15,631 bases of DNA from the NCBI GenBank assembly GCA_965242925.1, contig CBDEUM010000008.1, forward strand, positions 1 through 15,631. The letters run 5' to 3'. A program made the position numbers and the translations under genes. Origin of the DNA: Roseibacillus sp. GTDB lineage: Bacteria; Verrucomicrobiota; Verrucomicrobiia; Verrucomicrobiales; Akkermansiaceae. Of this stretch, positions 8,066 through 14,283 are shown one piece after another. Position 1 is the stretch's first letter. Each line of letters opens with the position of its first letter. Under the pieces are notes generated by a model, which worked only from the letters and a program-made list of their open reading frames with translations, was not told the DNA's origin and searched no databases.

Positions 8066-10207
8066 TCAGTTGGCCGGGCCCTCGAAGACCTGCAGGAGGA
8101 GGTTGTTTCCATCCAGCGGAACCCGGATTGGTTGGGGCGTGGCATCGTCCAGGTTGAGGTGGGGGATGATGGGCTGGAAGTCGCGGCCATTCTGAGAGGC
8201 CCGCAGATGAAAGGTTCTTCCGACGGGAAGGTCTCCTATCTCAACACTCACCACCTCCGCGGCGCGGTCAATCCCGGAGATGTCGAAAGACAGTCGCGTC
8301 ACAACCGGAGCCGCCACCGTGAAGAACTGGTCGCCTGCAAGATGGTCAAAGTTGACGAAGGCGGGGTCCTGCAGGTTATGGGTCCCCTGGGGCAGTCCCC
8401 CCAGGGCCTGGTTTGAGAGGTAGTCGTGGTTCTGGTTGTTCTGGAGGAGCATCACGCGGATCTCCCCACCCGAATACCCGACATCGCTGAGCGCAAGGCT
8501 CAGTTCCAGCCCGGAGGCTACCGCGCGGGCCGCCCGCTGGTCCGCAGGAGCACCCGCGTTTCCTCCTATCCCGCGGACATTGCTCCCGTTGTAGGCCACC
8601 CCGATGAGGCTCTGGTTGACGGTTCCGAATCCGGTCGTCCCCACCCCTTCATTCAGCAGACTGAAGATGCGGGGGTAGGTATCGAAGGAAGAGGACCCGA
8701 TGATCGAGAAGTCGAGGTCAATCCGATCCCCCCCGCGGCGGAAGATCACGTGCCGCTCTGGCGTGAACGCGCTGTCAAATGTCAACCCGGCAAGGGAATC
8801 ACTCCCGTCATTCCCCGGGGTGGTGGGCATGACCGAGGTCCCGCCGGACGCTGCGTCGATGAAAACCTCCAGCCGGTTTCCGTTGGGCTCGAGGTTCCCG
8901 GTAAACATGAGGTAGAGCCGGTTACCATTGATCAGGCCATAGGCCCCATTCCACTCACTCTGATTGTTCCCGAACCCGGTTTCAACCGTCTGCACCGCGA
9001 GGGGCTGCCCGTAGGCTGCGTCCCGAAGGCCATCGACCACGATGATTCCCAGCAGGGCCGCGTTACTGCCCGTATCCCCGGGGTCCGTTCCGTTTCGAAC
9101 CTCAAAGCCGTCGTTCTCTCCGTCACCATCACTGTCTTCATTCAAAGGATCGGTGACAAAGCCGTCGGCGCCCTCCGCCACTTCTTCTCCGTCACCAAGT
9201 CCATCGCCATCAGTATCCACCCGGGCCGGATCCGTGCCGACCGCGACTTCCGCCTCATCGTCGAGTCCATCGCCATCACTATCCGTCCGGTTGGGATCAC
9301 TGCCCTGTTCGAACTCCTCCTGGTTGTCCAGCCCGTCCCCATCGGGATTGCCCGAGGAATCGTCCGCCCCGACATTCAAATGGTTCACACGTTCCCACTC
9401 GTCACGCATGCCGTCCTGATCGCTGTCCGCCGCGGCAACATGGTTCCCCGTAGTCACGTCGGCGTAGCTCGCACCGAAGCGAATCTCATCAAAGGTCAAA
9501 CCATCCTCGCCAAACCGCGCCATGCTTACGCGGTCAAAGCGGATGTTGAGGCCGCTGAACTCGGCATCCCCTACCCCCGGTTCGCTCAGGGGATCGGGGT
9601 TGCGCCAGACGGCCAGACGATCCCCACCGGGGACGGCCGAGAATTCCAGTTTGCCCACGAAGAGATTCACCGTCGCATCACCGACCCCGAGATCAACCGA
9701 GTCGACGAACCCGCCATCCTTCACCCGGATCACAAAATTGCTGGCGGAAAACGGTCCCGTCCCCTGTTCGCCGGTGGCAATCTGGAGAACCCGGTTCTCA
9801 TTGTCGTCGAAGCCGCCATTGTGAAGCTCAAAGGCCCGGTAGGAGCTGCCGGCCGACTGCAGTTGAACCAGAACGCTGAAATAGACCGTCCGCTCAATGG
9901 AGTCGTCGAACCTGGCCCGAAGGCGCCGTCCAACCCGGCCCCCGCCCGGCCCGTCAAAAAGGAACGCCCCTGCCCCGCTGCTCACGTTGGTGCGGCTCAG
10001 TCCGGTCGGCACCGCCATCGGCGATTCCGCTCCCGGATAGGCCGGGAGCCAGCTGCCCTCGAATCCCTTCAGGGCAGGGCCCGTCCCGGAGATGACAACC
10101 CCGGGGCGATAGGACGACGCGCCCAGGGGCACGAACTCAGCCGCCTCCGGAAGAGCGGAGGCGGACAGGGTAAGAGCCGTAAGAACAAAGGGAAGGGGGC
10201 GCTGCAT
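8066..10207 (-). CDS. Large secreted/cell-surface multidomain protein with thrombospondin type 3-like (DxDGDG) Ca-binding repeats, ~713 aa
   Basis: Signal peptide from ATG 10207 (MQRPLPFVLTALTLSASA). A beta-sandwich-like domain ends at FDEIRFGASYADV, followed by five DxDxDG repeats, a second beta-rich domain and a ~78-aa C-terminal domain. The upstream ORF extension to 10615 overlaps the divergent gene and was discarded. Confidence 0.85.
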   Translation of the reverse strand: MQRPLPFVLTALTLSASALPEAAEFVPLGASSYRPGVVISGTGPALKGFEGSWLPAYPGAESPMAVPTGLSRTNVSSGAGAFLFDGPGGGRVGRRLRARFDDSIERTVYFSVLVQLQSAGSSYRAFELHNGGFDDNENRVLQIATGEQGTGPFSASNFVIRVKDGGFVDSVDLGVGDATVNLFVGKLEFSAVPGGDRLAVWRNPDPLSEPGVGDAEFSGLNIRFDRVSMARFGEDGLTFDEIRFGASYADVTTGNHVAAADSDQDGMRDEWERVNHLNVGADDSSGNPDGDGLDNQEEFEQGSDPNRTDSDGDGLDDEAEVAVGTDPARVDTDGDGLGDGEEVAEGADGFVTDPLNEDSDGDGENDGFEVRNGTDPGDTGSNAALLGIIVVDGLRDAAYGQPLAVQTVETGFGNNQSEWNGAYGLINGNRLYLMFTGNLEPNGNRLEVFIDAASGGTSVMPTTPGNDGSDSLAGLTFDSAFTPERHVIFRRGGDRIDLDFSIIGSSSFDTYPRIFSLLNEGVGTTGFGTVNQSLIGVAYNGSNVRGIGGNAGAPADQRAARAVASGLELSLALSDVGYSGGEIRVMLLQNNQNHDYLSNQALGGLPQGTHNLQDPAFVNFDHLAGDQFFTVAAPVVTRLSFDISGIDRAAEVVSVEIGDLPVGRTFHLRASQNGRDFQPIIPHLNLDDATPQPIRVPLDGNNLLLQVFEGPAN
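9074..9427 (-). repeat. Five intragenic TSP3-like repeats (~22-27 aa): DSDQDG, NPDGDG, DSDGDG, DTDGDG, DSDGDG, four ending in G(S/T)DP or VTDP
   Basis: Directly visible in the translation. Confidence 0.9.
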
Positions 10208-10393
10208 GGCAACGTTTTCGGGGATTGAGACCATCCTCCCCGCTTGATTGAATATTACAATGGCTAGTTGCTTCATGAGAAAAAAGACCTTGAACTCCGC
10301 GCCGCGATCTCCCGTGATCCATGCGATATCCTGCCGCAATCTGTCCCCCTGAAGCTGCCCGCAGAACGGGTGACAATTCCAGACTCCGATACC

Positions 10394-11644
10394 ATGAATC
10401 CCGCCCTCTTTGCCTGTCTCTGTCTCTCCTTGGCGTCCCCTCTTCTCCGGGCTGAGCGCTCGATGGAGGAATGGAGTGACGAGCTCGGGAAGAGGTATAA
10501 TGCCCTCGGGAGTTTCCGTGCAATCTACACCGCGGTATCGCCCACCGCCAAGGAGCCGATGCAGGGCCTCGTTCTCGAGGATCGTGACAGCGGCGCCTGC
10601 CTGGTGAGGATGCACTCCGACGCCACCGGTGGGGTAACGATGTGGTGGCTCCCCGACGGAGCAGGCAATGGCGGCGCCACATTTGCACAGTTCGGCCAGA
10701 ACACCTTCCGGGTCCGGGGATTCGCAGAATTAAAGCGCCGCTACGACGATCTTGCCTTCCTCGGACAAAAGCGCCCCGCCCGTTCTCGCCGCCCGGTCCT
10801 GGTCCCGGTGATTCATCTTGGCGAAGAAACCATTGCCGTCTTCCTCGCCGCCATCCGGGCCAACCAATCTCCCCCGTTCTCCCATATTGCCCCCTCCCGG
10901 GTAGCGGAAGTCCGGGAGTTGGCCGAAACCGTGGAGTTTGTCCTCGACGACGGTAGCTGGCTGCGCCTCCAGCGTGAGACCGGCCTCCTCGCCGGCCAGG
11001 GGTATCCCGATGAAAAGGGAGAACGCAGCTTGCTGCTGGAAGCGGTCCAGCCCCTGGGGGGCATGGCGGAGTTCCGCAAGGAGATTCCAGAAATCGACCC
11101 TGCCAGGATGCAGGAGGCCTCAGCGGAAGAACTTCACTTTGCTAATGTTCTTCATGCCGCTCTTTTTCACATCTTCGTAAACTGGAAGAAGGCAGAGGGC
11201 GACCGGCTCCTCGCTGAAAACCCGGGTTCCCTCCAGGCCTACTGGCAAGCCGCCTGGGGCACCCGCCCACCACCGGGAATTCCCGCCGACCTGATCAAGC
11301 TCCTGCAGGATCTCAAAGGCCAGAAAAAGCAATTCCGTCTCGAGTGGAACGCCGCCAAGAAGGCCCGCCCCGACATCATGAAGGACGTTTCCTTCTTCCA
11401 GTTTTTCCGGCAACGACGGATGGAGTTCCGACGGGACCTTCGCCAGAAAATCGAAATGGAGGCTCAGAAACTTCCCTCCCTTGCCCGCCTGCAGACCCTT
11501 CTCGATGGCGAAATCGCCAACCTCAATCCGGCCCAGCTCACCCGAGGGAGGCGGCTGGCTGCCCTTATGGTGCAAAGCCAGCGTGACGCCATGGTCATCG
11601 CGCTTATGCCTCCGGTATCAGACGAAGACCTCGACAAGCTCTAA
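10394..11644 (+). CDS. Secreted hypothetical protein, ~416 aa (possible LolA-like N-terminal fold + helical C-terminus)
   Basis: ATG 10394 gives the signal peptide MNPALFACLCLSLASPLLRA|E. The long ORF fills the gap between its divergent and convergent neighbours. The fold call is tentative. Confidence 0.75.
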   Translation: MNPALFACLCLSLASPLLRAERSMEEWSDELGKRYNALGSFRAIYTAVSPTAKEPMQGLVLEDRDSGACLVRMHSDATGGVTMWWLPDGAGNGGATFAQFGQNTFRVRGFAELKRRYDDLAFLGQKRPARSRRPVLVPVIHLGEETIAVFLAAIRANQSPPFSHIAPSRVAEVRELAETVEFVLDDGSWLRLQRETGLLAGQGYPDEKGERSLLLEAVQPLGGMAEFRKEIPEIDPARMQEASAEELHFANVLHAALFHIFVNWKKAEGDRLLAENPGSLQAYWQAAWGTRPPPGIPADLIKLLQDLKGQKKQFRLEWNAAKKARPDIMKDVSFFQFFRQRRMEFRRDLRQKIEMEAQKLPSLARLQTLLDGEIANLNPAQLTRGRRLAALMVQSQRDAMVIALMPPVSDEDLDKL

Positions 11645-11650
11645 GCACCT

Positions 11651-11675
11651 GCCCCGGATTCTTCCCCCGGGGTTT
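11651..11675 (+). terminator. Possible hairpin between convergent genes
   Basis: CCCCGG-9nt-CCGGGG followed by TTT, 7 nt after the stop at 11644. Confidence 0.3.
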
Positions 11676-11694
11676 CCGGCAAAGGGCTGGTCCG

Positions 11695-12717
11695 CTACTC
11701 CAGCATGAACTGCAAGTGCCGGGCGGTAAGGTCGCCCATCGTCTCACACGCCTCGAAGGCCTGAGTGCCATACCGCTCCCCAAGAGCAGCACGCAGCTCG
11801 ACTAATTTCTCCAGGGGGGCGATGGTGTCCTTGCGCATCGTTTTGAGGACCCCCTTGAGGCGGACACGGGAGGCTCGGAACCGACGGGCCATCTGGCTCC
11901 GCTCCTCGCTGCGATACTGCAGGATGGTGGTCGGGTTGAGGTGCTGGCGCACCAACTCATCTACCGGTTTGTTGTCCGGGAAGTGGTGGGCCCGATAAAC
12001 TCCGAGGGCTCCCTCGTAACACTGTTGATCGAAGTCAATCGGCCGCACACGGTACTGGACCTCCTCGAAATCCGGGGTGATGTCGACCACGTAGTTTACG
12101 CTGCGCATGTCGCCCAGCAGACGGAGAAAACAGCGCTCCCCGAACTTTACGAATTCCTTCGCAACCCGTACCTTGTTGAGTTCCTCTTCCTCCAGGTAGT
12201 CCTTGATGAAGACATTCCCGGGCACTCCCGCGATGTGCTCCTCAACCAGGGTGTTGCCGTTGACAAGATAATTGATCCGATTGGGCGAAAGGATGTGCTC
12301 CAGTTCCAGCCCGTAGATACGGTTGGCGTCCGCAATCTTGACGTAGTAGTAGTCCGAGTTGCCGTTGAACTGGTTTGTAATCCTCACGCGGAAGGGTCGC
12401 GAGTTGCCGAACTCACCAAAATCGATCCGTTCCACGTTGAGGTGCTCCACAAGCGAAAGGTCCCCTCCGATCTTCAGGACAGCATAGATCTTGGTGAGCT
12501 TGGGCCGCAGGTCTTCCATGACCTCCGGCGGAAAGGAAACGGTGAGCCAGAGCGTTTCTTCCCCGCTTGGATCTTCATAGGGAATGGCCTCCGAAAAACG
12601 CAGGAGATCGTCGTAAACGAGTGGAATCTCGGAGCGCCGTCCGAAGTGCTGCAGGTACTGCAGAAGGAAGCTCGAGACCGGATAGTGCTGCTTGCGCTTC
12701 TGGATGAGGGGCGACAT
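11695..12717 (-). CDS. Hypothetical protein, ~340 aa, with PI3K/HipA-like atypical kinase motifs
   Basis: ATG 12717 (MSPLIQKRK). Motifs FGEFGNSRPF, YYYVK, LLGDMRSVNY and RPIDFDQQ occur in kinase order. CDS status is strong; the function is inferred. Confidence 0.8.
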   Translation of the reverse strand: MSPLIQKRKQHYPVSSFLLQYLQHFGRRSEIPLVYDDLLRFSEAIPYEDPSGEETLWLTVSFPPEVMEDLRPKLTKIYAVLKIGGDLSLVEHLNVERIDFGEFGNSRPFRVRITNQFNGNSDYYYVKIADANRIYGLELEHILSPNRINYLVNGNTLVEEHIAGVPGNVFIKDYLEEEELNKVRVAKEFVKFGERCFLRLLGDMRSVNYVVDITPDFEEVQYRVRPIDFDQQCYEGALGVYRAHHFPDNKPVDELVRQHLNPTTILQYRSEERSQMARRFRASRVRLKGVLKTMRKDTIAPLEKLVELRAALGERYGTQAFEACETMGDLTARHLQFMLE

Positions 12718-12781
12718 TGGATTTCGGATCCGGTTTTCAGATCTGCTTCGCTTACATTCGAAATTGAACCCCCGGGGCTCT

Positions 12782-13246
12782 CTAGCCCGTCTCGAACCTC
12801 GCAATCAAATGCAGGGTATCGATCCCGCATTTGGTGAATTCCTCCCAGTAGCTCTTCTCAATGGAGCTGGTGCGCTCCCGGCGCGCCTTCTCGTCCAGAG
12901 AGTTCCAAGCAGGCAGGCCTATCTTGCGAATCACATCGCGTTCGGCGAGGCGCAGGGTCAGCTCTTCCCAGAAAATCTCGTTGCGCATTTCATCAAGCGA
13001 TTCCTGCACAAAGGACCGGGTCAGGTAATCGGTGGTGACCCGGTAGCGTTGCTGAGCTTCATCAAACTCGACAATATCACCGAATCCGAGGTGAGTGACC
13101 TTCTCGAGAATGGTATTCTCCAACTCTTCAAAACGCCCAAACCGCTCCTTCGCCCCGGATCGTCGGTTCAGGGACGCGACCTCGACTGCGAGACTGATCA
13201 TATCGATCAGCACGCCGAGTTCTTCCTCTGTAAAGCGAAGATGCAT
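12782..13246 (-). CDS. Hypothetical cytoplasmic protein, ~154 aa, Glu-rich and predicted helical
   Basis: ATG 13246 (MHLRFTEEELGVLIDM). Protein-like composition with FWEELTLRLAERD and YWEEFTKCGI segments. Lies 64 bp upstream of the kinase-like gene on the same strand. Confidence 0.75.
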   Translation of the reverse strand: MHLRFTEEELGVLIDMISLAVEVASLNRRSGAKERFGRFEELENTILEKVTHLGFGDIVEFDEAQQRYRVTTDYLTRSFVQESLDEMRNEIFWEELTLRLAERDVIRKIGLPAWNSLDEKARRERTSSIEKSYWEEFTKCGIDTLHLIARFETG

Positions 13247-13353
13247 CAACTTGGCCGCAGCGCGGAAAGAAATCATCCCACCACCCGGTCCGCAAGCCCG
13301 CAACGCCGAATTCCCCTCGACCGGCTGGAAGGCAGCTGATTAGATTCCCGGTG

Positions 13354-13701
13354 ATGAGACTCCTGCTCATCATCCTGACCCTCCTCACCCTTCCCGGTTG
13401 TTTCCTGTTCAAGAAACGCCGCCCGAACCCCTACCCGGTGATCTCCTTTGAAGTGGTCCATGCCCGGGCCGGCGGCCTGCAGCCTCAGGATCATGTCGCC
13501 CTCGCCAAGTGGGATGACGCCTACTATTACTTTGAATGGCGCCGCATTCTGGAACCCGCTACCATGAAGACCAGTGAAGGGGCGGGCCGAGTCGCCGTCA
13601 GGGAATTCGACCAGAAAAACGGCCGGGCGCTGGAGCGCAGGCTCGGCATTATCGGCAAGGAGGACCTCAACGGTCAGCTCTATAACGCCGGTGCTTACTG
13701 A
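13354..13701 (+). CDS. Small putative lipoprotein, 115 aa
   Basis: MRLLLIILTLLTLPG|C: basic N-terminus, hydrophobic core and lipobox LPGC. Alternative GTG start at 13351. Confidence 0.75.
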   Translation: MRLLLIILTLLTLPGCFLFKKRRPNPYPVISFEVVHARAGGLQPQDHVALAKWDDAYYYFEWRRILEPATMKTSEGAGRVAVREFDQKNGRALERRLGIIGKEDLNGQLYNAGAY

Positions 13702-13766
13702 GGCCGGGGCGCCCTGGCCGCAGTCAGAAGGCTTCAGGCAAACGCAACCCCGGGATGTCGGGTTGC
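13702..13766. terminator. Two GC hairpins between the convergent lipoprotein and sixA genes
   Basis: GGCCGGG-gcgc-CCTGGCC (13702-13719) and GCAACCC-9nt-GGGTTGC (13744-13766). No strong U-tract. Confidence 0.3.
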
Positions 13767-13789
13767 TAATTCGCAGGGCGGAATCTGGG

Positions 13790-14281
13790 TTAACGCTCCC
13801 GCGGACGGATCACATCCTCGAGTTTCCACTTCCCCGGTTGAAGGGCGGCACTCCAGCTCTCCAGATCAAGCGAGAGAAGAGCCGCGTTCGCAGTCTTCAT
13901 CACGATGTCCTCTCCCGCCAGCCAGTCCACCAGATCCTCCCATCCGGGATTGTGCCCCAGCACGAGAAGACACGCCACTTGATCGGGCACGGCAGGCAGT
14001 TCGCCCTGCGCCGCGCCCAGACCGGCGTGATAAAAGGACGGGAGATAACGCGCCTCCACCGCGGAGGGGAAAAACTCGCTCATTCCCGCAAACGTTTCGC
14101 GCGTTCGCTGCGCATCGCTGCTCAGAACAAGTTCGGGCGTCCATCCCCGCTCCACCAGAGCGGCCCCGATCTTTGGCGCGTCCCTGCGGCCCCGGCCGTT
14201 AAGCGGCCGTTCGTGATCCGAGTGGGCCGGGCTGTTCCACGAGCTCTTGGCGTGGCGCATGACGATCAGGCGACGCGTCAT
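13790..14281 (-). CDS. sixA: SixA-family phosphohistidine phosphatase (histidine phosphatase superfamily)
   Basis: LIVMRHAKS, DHERPLNGRG, LSSDAQRTRET and LVLGHNPG; 163 aa. Confidence 0.9.
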   Translation of the reverse strand: MTRRLIVMRHAKSSWNSPAHSDHERPLNGRGRRDAPKIGAALVERGWTPELVLSSDAQRTRETFAGMSEFFPSAVEARYLPSFYHAGLGAAQGELPAVPDQVACLLVLGHNPGWEDLVDWLAGEDIVMKTANAALLSLDLESWSAALQPGKWKLEDVIRPRER

Positions 14282-14283
14282 TG

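Noticed and set aside
9074..9427. Periodic DNA repeats resembling a CRISPR array or VNTR
   Set aside because: They are degenerate at the DNA level and fully explained by in-frame DxDGDG protein repeats. There are no identical repeat-spacer units and no cas genes.
8426..10228. 600-aa plus-strand ORF antisense to the TSP3-repeat gene
   Set aside because: Shadow ORF in codon register with the real gene. Such stop-free antisense frames are common in GC-rich genes, and it has no recognisable motifs.
10208..10615. N-terminal extension of the 849-aa ORF overlapping the divergent gene
   Set aside because: Both genes have clear signal peptides at the downstream ATGs (10207 and 10394), so the overlap is an artefact of longest-ORF calling.
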